From Methanomicrobiales archaeon (lineage in GTDB: Archaea; Halobacteriota; Methanomicrobia; Methanomicrobiales; Methanospirillaceae): 64,000 nucleotides of DNA. Where the stretch lies: positions 96,001-160,000 of the forward strand of contig JBAXJR010000001.1 in assembly GCA_037137755.1 (NCBI GenBank), written 5' to 3'. The notes under the pieces were generated by a model. The model made no database searches and was not told where the DNA came from. It saw nothing but the letters and a program-made list of their open reading frames with translations. Below are positions 1-10,697 of the stretch, in pieces. Numbering within the stretch: position 1 is the stretch's first letter; each line of letters starts with the position of its first letter. Made by a program: the position numbers and the translations under genes.

Positions 1-1879
1 TCTCCTGGTAGAGGTCATCTCCTTCAATGACCAGTACAGGCCGGATGCAGGAGGTTGCGAGTGACCGTACCTGCCCGAGGAGATCGCGATCTACAAGGGT
101 ATCGGCAAAATCCCTGGTAGTCTTCCGCTCGACTATTATCCGGTCTCCTATTACATAATCACCGACAGGTAATCTCTGGATACTAATCGTTGCCCCCATG
201 GCATGGAGTGATTCCACCACCTTCGATGAAGTTTCACGGTCATCGACCACAATCGCAGGCCCCGTCCCGGAGGGGGCATCCGCTGCAGTAAACTCTTCGA
301 TACAGGTCTGGGTTGGTTTACCCTCGCCGGAAAACGGCGGTGACAGGTTATTGCCGATTTGCCGTATCCCTTTGGCCATCGCCCGTTCCCGTGACTGGCT
401 CACATACCGGAACGTCTCATCCTGTGTCCCTTTTGTCACAAGAACAATTATCTTTCCGTGACCACTCCTCCCGGTCCTTCCTTTACGCTGGATGCTACGT
501 ATTTCGGAGGGTACTGCTTCATAAAAAACGACAAGGTCCGTGGAAGGGACATCAAGCCCCTCCTCCCCGACCGAGGTGGCGACAAGTACCCGGAACTCAC
601 CTGCCCTGAATCTCCGGAGTGCATCGATCTGTTTTTTCTGGCTCAGTCCTTTCTCAGCATCTTTCGTTGCCTGCCCGACAAACCGTTCACACGGGATTCC
701 CTGAGTGGTCAGCCGGTCAACGATCAGCTGGACTGCATCCCGGTAGGTCGCAAACACAATGATCCTGCTGTCAGTCGAATTCCGAAGCTCTGACTTTACA
801 ATTGCATCAACAATTCCGAGTTTCGGGTGAAGCTCGCATTCCCACCCGTTCACCCGGTCCATGAGGCTTGTGAATACCGGGTCCTGGGCAAGCCTGCGGC
901 TCGCCTTGGAACCGGATGGAGAGGTTGCTTCCGCGGCAAGGCGGGAGAGGTAGGTTTTCAGGACCTGGCTTCCCTGTGATTCCGCAAGTCCCACCGCGTG
1001 TTTTAACTTCATGATCTCAGCATAGACCGAGGCCGCCGCAAACCCGGCGGGCTCCCGTTGCTGGATCTTCTCCTGTACCTGAGCATTGATTGCATTGAGG
1101 GCTTTCATTGAGAGCTGCTGACGTTTTGGAACAGAAAACCCTGATCCTGCCAGCATCTTCAGCCGTTCATCGAGTAGCCTGTTAAGGTGGTCAAGTGCCT
1201 TCTCCAGCTCCGGGGGCAGTGAAACGCTGATGATTTCAATATCCCGCTCGTGGATATAGGGCCGTACATCCGGGTCATCCTCGTTCCTTGTCTCTACCTG
1301 CTCGATCCCGATATTTGCACAGACCTCTCTCACCTTTTCCTGCTGGCCGCCGGGTGATGCGGTCATGGCCAGAATTCTCGGGTTTTTCGACTGGGCACGG
1401 TACTGCTCAGCAAGAAATACGTAGGCATAGTTTCCAACGGCCCGGTGACACTCGTCAATAATCATCAGGGTCACTTCCTGCAGTGAATAGCGTCCCGCAA
1501 GGATATCGTTCTTGATAACCTGTGGTGTAGCAAAAATAACCCTCGCCTGTTCCCATTCACTTGTGCGCTGTTCACCCGGGGTTTCACCGGTAAACATCAC
1601 AAAATGCGGGTTATCACCGGTATCCGGCAAAACGAGAAGGTTTTCAAAATATCTCAGGTGTTGTTCGACAAGCGGCTTGGTAGGGGCTAACATGAGTACT
1701 TTACCCCCCTCGTTGTACAACCGCGATGCGGCAACAATCAGCGCCACGGCCGTCTTCCCAAGGCCGGTCGGGAGGACAACGAGCGTATTTGCATCAAGCG
1801 CCCGCATCGCGATAGTGAGTTGATACTCCCTCGATTCAAGGCTATCGGGTCGTATCAGCGGGTGGTTGATGCAGGTCAT
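1..1879 (-). CDS. hef: Hef helicase/nuclease (SF2 helicase + ERCC4/XPF nuclease), 3' end outside window
   Basis: Not in the ORF track because it runs off the edge. Manual translation from ATG 1879: MTCINHPLIRPDSLESREYQ...LPTGLGKT (Walker A), IDECHR (motif II, ~1442-1459), and IIVERKT (ERCC4 motif) near 120-140. Start overlaps the glyS stop (ATGA). Confidence 0.92.
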   Translation of the reverse strand, partial: MTCINHPLIRPDSLESREYQLTIAMRALDANTLVVLPTGLGKTAVALIVAASRLYNEGGKVLMLAPTKPLVEQHLRYFENLLVLPDTGDNPHFVMFTGETPGEQRTSEWEQARVIFATPQVIKNDILAGRYSLQEVTLMIIDECHRAVGNYAYVFLAEQYRAQSKNPRILAMTASPGGQQEKVREVCANIGIEQVETRNEDDPDVRPYIHERDIEIISVSLPPELEKALDHLNRLLDERLKMLAGSGFSVPKRQQLSMKALNAINAQVQEKIQQREPAGFAAASVYAEIMKLKHAVGLAESQGSQVLKTYLSRLAAEATSPSGSKASRRLAQDPVFTSLMDRVNGWECELHPKLGIVDAIVKSELRNSTDSRIIVFATYRDAVQLIVDRLTTQGIPCERFVGQATKDAEKGLSQKKQIDALRRFRAGEFRVLVATSVGEEGLDVPSTDLVVFYEAVPSEIRSIQRKGRTGRSGHGKIIVLVTKGTQDETFRYVSQSRERAMAKGIRQIGNNLSPPFSGEGKPTQTCIEEFTAADAPSGTGPAIVVDDRETSSKVVESLHAMGATISIQRLPVGDYVIGDRIIVERKTTRDFADTLVDRDLLGQVRSLATSCIRPVLVIEGDDLYQE

Positions 1880-3606
1880 GGACAGATTGTGGAGAAACTT
1901 CCTTTTCCTTCGATAAGGTCCCCGATTATGGAAGGGACACGGTCGAGTGGTACTCTTACCTGTGTCATGGTGTCCCTTTCCCGGATAGTGACGGTCTGGT
2001 CCTCTTTCGTATCATAATCAATAGTAATACAGAAAGGCGTGCCTATCTCATCCTGCCTCCTGTACCGACGTCCTATTGCCCCTGAATCATCGTATTCGGC
2101 GAGTATATGGCGCTCATGGAGCCTGCGGGTAAGCTGGTCGGCGATTGTTTCAAGCCCGTCACGGTTCATTAAGGGGAATACTGCAACCTGGACTGGTGCA
2201 ACAAGGGGGGGGAGGCGGAGCACACGGCGTTCTTCACCATCAACTATCTCTTCATCATAGCTCTGTTCAAGGACTGCGTAGCACATCCGGTCAATACCGT
2301 ACGAGGGTTCTATGACATGTGGCCGGACATCTTCTCCTGCAACGTCAACCTCCTCTTCAATAACCTTGTAAAGGTCCTTTGGGACAAAGAACTGTTCTGA
2401 TCCAACGGTAACGGTAATCCCATCCGGACCGGGTTCTGTTGTTGCGAGAGCATCCGCAATATCCTTCGCTTTCCCGCGGTACTTCGGGCCGAGGGCTCCC
2501 ATGTCGGCGACGACTCTCCTTCTTTGTACCCGTTTTGGGGTCTCATATTGGATAAAGACCGTAAATGACTGGCCACTCTGTTTTTCATGAGCCCGAAGGT
2601 CGTAATCTGTACGGTCCGCGATCCCGACCGTTTCTACCCAGCCGAAGCGTTCAGAGCGGATCTCCGCATCCCAGCAGTCTTCTGCATAATGGGCAAGTTC
2701 GTCGGGCAGGTGCTGCCGGAACCTGAGCCGGTCAGGTTTTACACCGATCCGGACAAGGAGCTGATGGGTCAGTGCGAGGTAATATGCTACATATTCGTTC
2801 GCGATAATTCCCTTGTCCACGGCAGTTCTCATCGTCATGGTTATCGGCGCTGAATTATCCTGTTGCTGCTTCTGCCCGAACAGCGGGACCTCGTACTCCG
2901 CATATCGTGCAAAACGAGGGTGGTTCTTTTCTTCGGGATGTACGAAGATCTCTGCTTCAGCCTGGGTAAACTCACGAAGCCTTATCATGCCCTGTCTCGG
3001 GGAGATCTCGTTCCGGTAGGATTTTCCTATCTGTACTGCCCCGAATGGCAGTTTGTCGCGGTAAAAGCGGAGAAGTCGCTGGAAATCGGTAAACATACCT
3101 TGTGCAGTCTCGGGTCGCAAGTAACCCTTCCGCTGGGACCCGGGCCCTATCGTGGTCTGGAACATCAGGTTGAATGGGAAGACCTCAACCTTCCCGATAG
3201 GTTCCTCACAGACCGGGCATGTGAGTGGGACCAGTGCAGCAGAAAGTTGCTCTTCTGACATCGTTGAAGCCCCGGCAACACCCCCGCCTTCAACGACATG
3301 GTCGGCACGCAGGTATTCTTTGCAGTGAGGGCACTGGAACATCTTGTCGGAAAAACCCTTGACGTGTCCTGAGGCGATAAAAATTGACTCCTGGCCGATG
3401 GTTGGACATTCAATCTCGTAATATCCTTCCTGTATTACGTAAAAAGAACGCCAGACATCTTCGATCCGACGCTTCATCATGGAACCAAGCGGTCCATAAT
3501 CGATAAACCCCGCTACGGCCCCGTAACACTCTGATGTCGGCCATACAAAACCGCGTCGTTTGGTAAGATCATTTATTTTATCGTATACATCGCTCATATC
3601 GACCAC
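1876..3606 (-). CDS. glyS: Glycine--tRNA ligase (archaeal/eukaryotic type)
   Basis: LRPETAQG, RNEISPRQGMIRLREFTQAEAE, HVIEPSYGIDR and the C-terminal anticodon domain IGRRYRRQDEIGTP. Confidence 0.97.
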   Translation of the reverse strand: MVDMSDVYDKINDLTKRRGFVWPTSECYGAVAGFIDYGPLGSMMKRRIEDVWRSFYVIQEGYYEIECPTIGQESIFIASGHVKGFSDKMFQCPHCKEYLRADHVVEGGGVAGASTMSEEQLSAALVPLTCPVCEEPIGKVEVFPFNLMFQTTIGPGSQRKGYLRPETAQGMFTDFQRLLRFYRDKLPFGAVQIGKSYRNEISPRQGMIRLREFTQAEAEIFVHPEEKNHPRFARYAEYEVPLFGQKQQQDNSAPITMTMRTAVDKGIIANEYVAYYLALTHQLLVRIGVKPDRLRFRQHLPDELAHYAEDCWDAEIRSERFGWVETVGIADRTDYDLRAHEKQSGQSFTVFIQYETPKRVQRRRVVADMGALGPKYRGKAKDIADALATTEPGPDGITVTVGSEQFFVPKDLYKVIEEEVDVAGEDVRPHVIEPSYGIDRMCYAVLEQSYDEEIVDGEERRVLRLPPLVAPVQVAVFPLMNRDGLETIADQLTRRLHERHILAEYDDSGAIGRRYRRQDEIGTPFCITIDYDTKEDQTVTIRERDTMTQVRVPLDRVPSIIGDLIEGKGSFSTICP

Positions 3607-3872
3607 TGGTTATCCATCATAATAGGACTCCCGGTATGAAAAAGTTGTTCAAATCTGGATTATTAACACCGGAAAAATCTCAGGTTCCTTACTAACCGGG
3701 TGCAGACCCGTGAAGTGCACTGAAATATGCGGGGATAGCGGTACAATAAGGTAATATTAACTAACTTATGTCATATCTGTCCTTTATTTCGCTAATAAAC
3801 CGCGAAAATTAACATAGTATTAAATATTAATCAGCGCATTTATTCCGGTAATCCCTAGTGTGGTTTTCAAAC

Positions 3873-4481
3873 ATGCCGGAAGACAAACGTAAAATTCAGC
3901 TTCTGGAATTGTTCACAAACATTACCAGCAAAACAAAGATCGTGGAACCGATGAAAAAGATCCACGGATCTTTAAGAGACCGTGACGCCGTTGAACGTGA
4001 AATCGCCCTTGTAATGCGGGAGATTCTTGACCAAGGATTCTTTAAGACCAAACTGAAACCAATTCAACTCGCCAAACTTGTCTCTGCCTACTATCTCGGA
4101 AAAAACGACACTGAGATCGCCAGAGAACTTGGGGATGAAAAATTGTCAAAGACCGTCGCCCGGGCACGGGTTCGTCTGAAACTATTCCGCGACCTTGATT
4201 TCAAGATGCCATTTGACCGTGAGAAGATGGAAATACTCATGGAGTCAGGGAAAACGATGAAGGAGATCAGTGAAGAGCTTGGGGTAAGTCCTTCCACGCT
4301 CCGCGAATACCGCCACGTGATCGACCAGCGGGATGACCATACTATTGACAATTACCTTGAGCGAATCCGGGATGTCATGGAAGACCGTGACCTCAGCGAA
4401 CAGATGACCCGGAGCGCCACTAAAGATGGTCTTGGTGATTCGATCGACATAACAGAAGCAGAATTAATTGATGTGGCCTGA
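3873..4481 (+). CDS. Double-HTH protein, resembling haloarchaeal 'conditioned medium-induced protein 4'
   Basis: Two HTH-like segments (DTEIARELG; KTMKEISEELGVSPSTL) and an acidic C-terminus (KDGLGDSIDITEAE). ATG 3873 preferred over GTG 3858. Family resemblance is from memory. Confidence 0.6.
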   Translation: MPEDKRKIQLLELFTNITSKTKIVEPMKKIHGSLRDRDAVEREIALVMREILDQGFFKTKLKPIQLAKLVSAYYLGKNDTEIARELGDEKLSKTVARARVRLKLFRDLDFKMPFDREKMEILMESGKTMKEISEELGVSPSTLREYRHVIDQRDDHTIDNYLERIRDVMEDRDLSEQMTRSATKDGLGDSIDITEAELIDVA

Positions 4482-4659
4482 ACACAGGTCAGCCTGGGAT
4501 GGATAAATTCCATCTCAAATACAATTGTGAGGATACTCACTCATTTTTTTTGGATCTTCAAACCATCCAACATCAACATTCCGGGCGATCCTGTTTGCAT
4601 GAACCCCGGGGGAAGAAGAGTTACGTTTTCATAGGTAGTGTGAGAATGTCGTACCTGAT

Positions 4660-5316
4660 ATGAAACTCACCTGGTTTGGGCATTCGTGTATACGGTTATC
4701 AGGGACGAAAATCGTCATCGTGGACCCTTTTATTGGCGAAGGTAAGGAAATTACCGGGGATTGCGATATTATTGCGGTCACTCATGGCCATGGTGACCAC
4801 ATGGGTGATACCGTCAGGCTGCGGAAAACGACGGTGGCGATCAATGAAATCGCAAAATACCTCGGGACAAAAGGTGTCCCTGTCGAAGGTATGAATATTG
4901 GAGGAACGGTTGAAGTTGATGGAGTTCGGTTCACCATGACCCAGGCAGTCCATTCCTCATGGCTCGAAGAGGGAGGTATCGGGTGCAACGGGGGTGCTTC
5001 TGCCGGGTATGTCATAACAATGGACGGGAAGAAGATCTACCATGCTGGTGATACGGCTCTGTTCTCTGACATGAAACTTATCGGTGACCTTTACAGGCCT
5101 GATGTCGCCCTCCTGCCAATTGGAGGACGTTTCACGATGGGGCCTGACGAAGCCATGATGGCAGCCCAGTATATCGGGGCACCCCTGGTAATCCCGATTC
5201 ATTACAATACCTGGCCCAAAATTTCCCAGGACCCTGCAACATTCAAGTTTGCCATTGAGCGGACTACTGATATGAAGGTCGCAGTCCTGAAGCCTGGCGA
5301 GACGATAGAGTTATGA
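4660..5316 (+). CDS. Metal-dependent hydrolase, metallo-beta-lactamase fold (UPF0173-like)
   Basis: WFGHS, VDPF, THGHGDH, YHAGDT, LPIGGRFTM, PIHYNTW. Confidence 0.9.
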   Translation: MKLTWFGHSCIRLSGTKIVIVDPFIGEGKEITGDCDIIAVTHGHGDHMGDTVRLRKTTVAINEIAKYLGTKGVPVEGMNIGGTVEVDGVRFTMTQAVHSSWLEEGGIGCNGGASAGYVITMDGKKIYHAGDTALFSDMKLIGDLYRPDVALLPIGGRFTMGPDEAMMAAQYIGAPLVIPIHYNTWPKISQDPATFKFAIERTTDMKVAVLKPGETIEL

Positions 5317-5524
5317 ATAGCACAGGCGCATATTTTTTTCATTTTAAATTCCCTATTGAATTCCGCTAAGGAAACTCCCTGAACCTGCGTATTTAGTATT
5401 TTTCACATAGGGCGAGTTTTGTCTAAATCGGAAATATTAGATTGATCTGGATCCAGACAATAATCATAGGAAAAAATGAACAAAAAAGGACCTCTTTTCA
5501 AAAATTAAAAAAATTAATGCTGTA

Positions 5525-6706
5525 TTAAAAATCTGTCATAACCCTGAACTGGTCAATCTCTTCCCGGTTCAGGTTTTCAAGGAAGATCTCAGCCGCGGAA
5601 CGGATATCCTTGCTTGCGGTGATCGCCCTGCCGACGACAAGAATATCTGCACCTGACTTCAATGCGTCTTTTACGACGTCGGCCCTGATTCCACCGGCAG
5701 TTGCAACGAGAAGTTTTCCACCGGCTGCCTTCTTTAACGCTGCAATATTACCCCACGCGTGTTTCGTCTCCTCGGCATCGATTGCCCGGTGCAGTTCAAC
5801 AATATCCGGCTTCACTGAGAGCCCGGCAATCAGCTTGACCGGATCGGCCACGTTTAACATATCCACGATGGAATAGATCCCGGTTTTCTTTGCCTCGCTA
5901 ATTGCTTTTTCAAGTGTTGAAACAGGGGCCAGCCCGGAAATTACCACGGCATCGGCGGATGCATCGGCTGCCATCCTGGCCTCAAGGTTCCCGGTGTCTA
6001 GAATTTTCAAGTCCGCAATGATGAATGCATTGGGCCTGATCTTCCTCATATCAGATATCACGTTCAGGCCGAAGCGCTTGATCAGGGGTGTCCCAGCCTC
6101 GATGATAAGGTGGTCGTTTGCAGGGAGCTCGGTGAGCACCTGGGTGACTTTGTTCATATCGACAAGGTCGAGGGCAACCTGCAGGTAGGGGGGGTCCCAG
6201 AGCCGCTGGACTTTGAACCCCATCACCGCATGGGCCGCACGGTCTTTCTCATAGATGAGGGTCTTTTTGTCCGGGAATGCGTCCATTGCCCTGCTGATTG
6301 CAAGTTTTGTTGCCCCGTAGTTATAGCGGTAAATTTTATTGTAATCAGCCGCTGCCGGGTCAAGGTAGACACTTGCTAGGATCACAATCTTTTCTATGTC
6401 CTGGTCTTTGAATGCCCCCTCTTCAACCGAATCTGCAACAGCCTTTGCCACTGCTGCCTGAACCGGCCCGAACATCTCATGAACCTGGGCTTCCTTCTTC
6501 ATCGTGACTTTCGGGATCACGAGTGTGACAGGTTTTGTCAGCAGGTTTGGTCTTATGACTGCAAGTAACGGGGTATGCCCGGAAGAAAGTTGCGAGAGCG
6601 CATTGGCAAATGCGGACCCGACTGCCCCTTCCTTATCCCCAATCATCAGGTCGATATGGGCGAGCTCCGGCCCGTCCCCAACGAGTGCTTCTCCTATAAG
6701 ATACAT
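5525..6706 (-). CDS. fae-hps: Bifunctional formaldehyde-activating enzyme / 3-hexulose-6-phosphate synthase
   Basis: N-terminal Fae (GEALVGDGPELAHIDL, FGPVQAAVAKAV, YNYGATK) fused to HPS (LQVALD, EAGTPLIK, ADLKILDTG, LVVGRAIT). Confidence 0.95.
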   Translation of the reverse strand: MYLIGEALVGDGPELAHIDLMIGDKEGAVGSAFANALSQLSSGHTPLLAVIRPNLLTKPVTLVIPKVTMKKEAQVHEMFGPVQAAVAKAVADSVEEGAFKDQDIEKIVILASVYLDPAAADYNKIYRYNYGATKLAISRAMDAFPDKKTLIYEKDRAAHAVMGFKVQRLWDPPYLQVALDLVDMNKVTQVLTELPANDHLIIEAGTPLIKRFGLNVISDMRKIRPNAFIIADLKILDTGNLEARMAADASADAVVISGLAPVSTLEKAISEAKKTGIYSIVDMLNVADPVKLIAGLSVKPDIVELHRAIDAEETKHAWGNIAALKKAAGGKLLVATAGGIRADVVKDALKSGADILVVGRAITASKDIRSAAEIFLENLNREEIDQFRVMTDF

Positions 6707-6919
6707 AAAATCCTTGGTTCTCCTGTGTAATATGTGGCCCCATTATATGATAAATGTTTTAATTCCCGGTATTCCAAAAAAAATAGTGAACTGGCCGCAA
6801 TCCCCTGTAACAAAAAAAGATTGCAAATGGCTTGCAATCGGGATGTATCTATACGAAAACAGCCGTGAATGTAAAATTGGTCCGGAATTTTTGGAATCGA
6901 TAAAATATTTTTGGACCGT

Positions 6920-7309
6920 TCAACTCATTCCTTTCCGGTCTCTATCTGCAAACACATCCTTTGCGACGGTCATACCATTCAGAGCAGCGGGAAATCCTGC
7001 GTAAACAGCCATCTGTGTAATGATCTCAATTATTTCCTCACGGGTACACCCTACATTAAGAGCCATGGATATATGTGCGTTCAGCTGGACCGGCGCATTG
7101 CCCAGTGCGGTAAGCGCAGCAACCGTGGCTACCTGGCGTGATTTGAGATCAAGGCCCGGCCTGCACAGCACGTCTCCATACGGAAATTCAATCGTATACC
7201 TGGCGAGATCAGGTGCGACACCCTGCAAGGTGTCGAGCATTTCATGAACACCCGTGCCACTCATTGTTTCCAACTGTATTTTTCCACGTTCAAACCTGTT
7301 CTCATCCAT
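6920..7309 (-). CDS. Carboxymuconolactone decarboxylase (CMD/AhpD) family protein
   Basis: FPYGDVLCRPGLDLKSRQVATVAAL...HISMALNVG...YAGFPAALN. Confidence 0.88.
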   Translation of the reverse strand: MDENRFERGKIQLETMSGTGVHEMLDTLQGVAPDLARYTIEFPYGDVLCRPGLDLKSRQVATVAALTALGNAPVQLNAHISMALNVGCTREEIIEIITQMAVYAGFPAALNGMTVAKDVFADRDRKGMS

Positions 7310-7413
7310 TACTATTCACCTGGATCCAGTTTATTTCCATATATAATGAAACCTGAGGGTATACCAGCGGAAAAATGCTTACCGCTCAGGCAAAATTGTG
7401 ACGAAGAAAAATG

Positions 7414-7574
7414 TGGGGTCGGTGAGATTTGAACTCACGATCGACGGGTCTCTCCGACATGCGTCAGTGCTCCAACGGATCATCACCATTCAGAAGACCC
7501 ATTGTTCATCATTCGCACAGAAGACGCGAAAGACCGCTGGAGCCCGTCGCCATTCCGGACTAGGCCACGACCCC
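7414..7574 (-). tRNA. trnW: tRNA-Trp(CCA) with 87-nt intron (7450-7536) between positions 37/38
   Basis: Minus strand: acceptor GGGGTCG/CGACCCC-A, anticodon arm ACGGG-CTCCAG|A-CCCGT, T arm GTGAG-TTCAAAT-CTCAC. Bulge-helix-bulge: CTCC/GGAG helix with AG|C and AG|A bulges. Confidence 0.97.
7450..7536 (-). ncRNA. Intron-encoded C/D-box guide sRNA acting on its own pre-tRNA-Trp
   Basis: Box C ATGATGA (7512-7506), D' CTGA (7493-7490), C' GTGATGA (7486-7480), D CTGA (7467-7464). The 12-nt guides are complementary to pre-tRNA around positions 39 and 34. Confidence 0.93.
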
Positions 7575-7729
7575 GATGATCTTAATTAAATCGTATTTTC
7601 GAGATTTAAGTGTTCCCATAAAGAAACATCTCATGGAACAACTGCTATAGCCCTGTCTTATGAAAACAACGGGAATTTTAATGCGAAATCAGTAATCATA
7701 TATTCTTTTCTCACGCCATAATCTGATCA

Positions 7730-9430
7730 ATGGTGAAGATCAGTTACGATTGTGGGATCTCTTCATTTCCGCTGATTGGCGAGACGATCGGGTATATGTT
7801 CAACCGGGTTGCAAAGGAGAACCCTGATAACGAAGCCGTTGTCTCCGTCCACCAGGGAATCAGGTGGACATACAGGGAATTCCAGGAACACGTTGATAAC
7901 CTGGCAAAGGGATTGATGGCGCTTGGTGTTGAGAAAGGTCACCGGGTAGGGATATGGGCGATGAACTATGCCGAGTGGATCCAGGTGCAATTTGCAACCG
8001 CAAAAATCGGCGCAATTATGGTCAATATCAACCCCGCATACCGGACGTATGAGCTCGAGTATGTATTGAAACAGGCAGAGATCCAGACCCTCATCATCCA
8101 GGGGCGGTTCAAGACCTCGGATTATGTTGGCATGTTCTACGAGGCCTGCCCAGAAGCCTATGAATCCCGGCCCGGTCATATCAAGAGCGATAAGTTCCAG
8201 TTCCTTAAAAACGTTATTTTCATGGGGGATATTCCCTATAACGGTATGTTTGTCTGGGAGGACTGCATCCGTAAAGGGGAGGAAATCAGTCATGACGAAC
8301 TGATCGACCGCGAGGAGTCGCTTGAATTCGATGATGCCATCAATATCCAGTACACCAGCGGCACCACCGGTTTTCCAAAGGGTGTCGTCCTCAGCCATCA
8401 CTCGGTCCTGAATAACGGGTATATAATCGGGGAAGGAATGGGTTTTACACCGGCAGACCGCCTGTGTATCCCTGTCCCGTTCTACCATTGTTTTGGCATG
8501 GTACTTTCAAACCTTGCCTGTGTAACGCACGGGTCGACCATGGTAATCCCTTCTCCCACATTTAGTGCGGAAGATGTCCTGAAGACGGTCCAGAATGAAC
8601 GTTGTACGGCGCTTCATGGCGTTCCCACGATGTTCATCGCGGAGCTTTCACACCCTGAATTCTCCCGTTACTCGATGAGCACCCTCCGTACCGGGATTAT
8701 GGCAGGTTCTCCCTGCCCTATCGAGGTGATGAAAGAAGTCTCAAATAAGATGAATATGACCGATATTGTCATCGTATACGGTCAGACAGAGACATCTCCC
8801 GGTGTTACGATGACCACGACAAAAGACCCGATTGAACGACGGGTATCAACAGTGGGTAAGCTTTTCCCCCATACCGAATTGAAATTCATCGACCAGAAGA
8901 CACTGAAAATAGTTCCACGAGGTGAAATCGGGGAGATCTGCGCACGTGGATATATGACCATGAAATGTTATTATAACAACCCGAATGCTACCCATGGAAC
9001 TCTTGACCATAACGGCTGGAATCATACCGGGGACCTTGGTACTATAGATGATGAGGGATACGTAAAAATCGTGGGCCGTTTAAAGGATATGGTCATCAGG
9101 GGCGGTGAGAATATTTATCCTCGTGAAATTGAGGAGTTCCTCCACCACCATCCAAAGATTGCGGATGTATACGTGATCGGTGTCCCTGATGTGAAATATG
9201 GTGAGGAACTTGCCGCGTGGGTTAAAATCGTACCCGGTCAGACTGCCACGGAGGAAGAGATTAAGGACTTCTGCAAGGGTAAAATAGCCCATTTCAAGAT
9301 CCCCAGGTATGTCAGGTTCAGTGATGATTTCCCTGTCACAATATCCGGAAAAATTCAGAAATTCAAGATGCGTGAAATCTCGGTAAAAGAACTCCACCTT
9401 GAATCGGCTGACGAGATTAAAACCGCGTAA
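7730..9430 (+). CDS. AMP-binding acyl-CoA synthetase (ACSF2/YngI-like)
   Basis: [49 protein letters not shown]. Confidence 0.92.
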   Translation: MVKISYDCGISSFPLIGETIGYMFNRVAKENPDNEAVVSVHQGIRWTYREFQEHVDNLAKGLMALGVEKGHRVGIWAMNYAEWIQVQFATAKIGAIMVNINPAYRTYELEYVLKQAEIQTLIIQGRFKTSDYVGMFYEACPEAYESRPGHIKSDKFQFLKNVIFMGDIPYNGMFVWEDCIRKGEEISHDELIDREESLEFDDAINIQYTSGTTGFPKGVVLSHHSVLNNGYIIGEGMGFTPADRLCIPVPFYHCFGMVLSNLACVTHGSTMVIPSPTFSAEDVLKTVQNERCTALHGVPTMFIAELSHPEFSRYSMSTLRTGIMAGSPCPIEVMKEVSNKMNMTDIVIVYGQTETSPGVTMTTTKDPIERRVSTVGKLFPHTELKFIDQKTLKIVPRGEIGEICARGYMTMKCYYNNPNATHGTLDHNGWNHTGDLGTIDDEGYVKIVGRLKDMVIRGGENIYPREIEEFLHHHPKIADVYVIGVPDVKYGEELAAWVKIVPGQTATEEEIKDFCKGKIAHFKIPRYVRFSDDFPVTISGKIQKFKMREISVKELHLESADEIKTA

Positions 9431-9725
9431 AATTACCCGGTAGCCCTGACGGCTAAAAGAATACTTTTTTTAACCATTCATGTTTTCGTGATATTCTCTT
9501 TATTCTGCCCCTTCCATTACAGCGGATACTCCATTGGTTTGAACCCTTACCTGTTTTTAGCACGAATGTACCACGGGGTCCCTTCGTGGTTGATTGCAAA
9601 AAATGTACTGGATGTATAAATATAGGGTCGGCCGGGGCAGTGGTGAAGGATCCGGACGGGAAACGGGCACCATTAATGCGGTGAATAGATAAATTCCCTG
9701 TCATTCTCCCGTGGTTACCATAGAA

Positions 9726-10697
9726 TTATGCAAGGGTTGGATCAGGAGCACGAATGACAAACGGGTACATACCTTTCTTCGAAGTATCAACAGAGAATGT
9801 CATACCATCTGTCCTGACAACAATGCTGCCATCTGTGTCAGTCCTAAATATCAGTGCCCCCGAATCCTCCAGGCGGAGCAGGGTAGCCTCTGCAGGGTGA
9901 CCATAATCGTTTCCTGCTCCAACGGAGATGATGGCCGCTTCAGGTCGTACCCGTTTGAGAAATTCGCTCCCGGTTCCATGCGGACTTCCGTGGTGTGCGA
10001 CTTTCAGGATCTGGCTCTCGAGAGGGAGTCCGGAATGTATCATCAATTCTTCTGTCGAAGTACCTGCATCTCCTTCGAACAGGATATTCACACGCCCGTA
10101 CGATACCCTGAGCACGATCGACCCGTCATTGAGGTCCTGGTCTTTGCTTCCGTCCGGGGCTGAAAGGACCAGCATTGTCAACCCGGGTGCAGGGCTGAAC
10201 GAATCCCCCGGCCTGACCGTTGTGTATGGTATAGTAGTATGGTCAATTGTTTCAAGGAATTTCTGATACGTGGTAGTGGTGTGCGGCATGCCGCTGTCAA
10301 TGACATTTCGCACATTAAAGTTTTTCAGGACGTCCTGCATGCCCCCGATATGATCGCTGTGCGGGTGGGTGGCGATGAGAATGTCTATATCGCTGATTTC
10401 CTGGTGTTTCAGGTAGGTAACAATGGCCGGACCTTCATCTGCTTCACCTGCATCGATTAAGATAGTGGTCCCGTTATACTGGATGAGTGCTGAGTCTCCC
10501 TGACCTACATCAATAAAATGAATCACCATCCGTCCATCATTGAGTCCATATGACGGTGGAATGGCATTGTTTCCTGCATGAGTGCTGATGGTATGAATGG
10601 TACATCCGGCAAAAAAAATACAGGTGAGAAGGAGAAGGGAGGGAAGGAGGAAATAAAAACTCCTGCTTCTCAAACTACGTGGTGTTACCTGTTTCAC
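9726..10697 (-). CDS. ComEC/Rec2-like metallo-beta-lactamase nuclease domain, predicted lipoprotein
   Basis: HFIDVGQGDS, THPHSDHIGG, NDGSIV, LKVAHHGS, NDYGHP, FRTD. N-terminal hydrophobic stretch ends in FFAGC (lipobox-like). No ComEC channel domain. Confidence 0.85.
   Translation of the reverse strand: MKQVTPRSLRSRSFYFLLPSLLLLTCIFFAGCTIHTISTHAGNNAIPPSYGLNDGRMVIHFIDVGQGDSALIQYNGTTILIDAGEADEGPAIVTYLKHQEISDIDILIATHPHSDHIGGMQDVLKNFNVRNVIDSGMPHTTTTYQKFLETIDHTTIPYTTVRPGDSFSPAPGLTMLVLSAPDGSKDQDLNDGSIVLRVSYGRVNILFEGDAGTSTEELMIHSGLPLESQILKVAHHGSPHGTGSEFLKRVRPEAAIISVGAGNDYGHPAEATLLRLEDSGALIFRTDTDGSIVVRTDGMTFSVDTSKKGMYPFVIRAPDPTLA

Noticed and set aside
198-1823. Several + strand ORFs (87-111 aa)
   Set aside because: Antisense shadows of hef, which occupies the minus strand.
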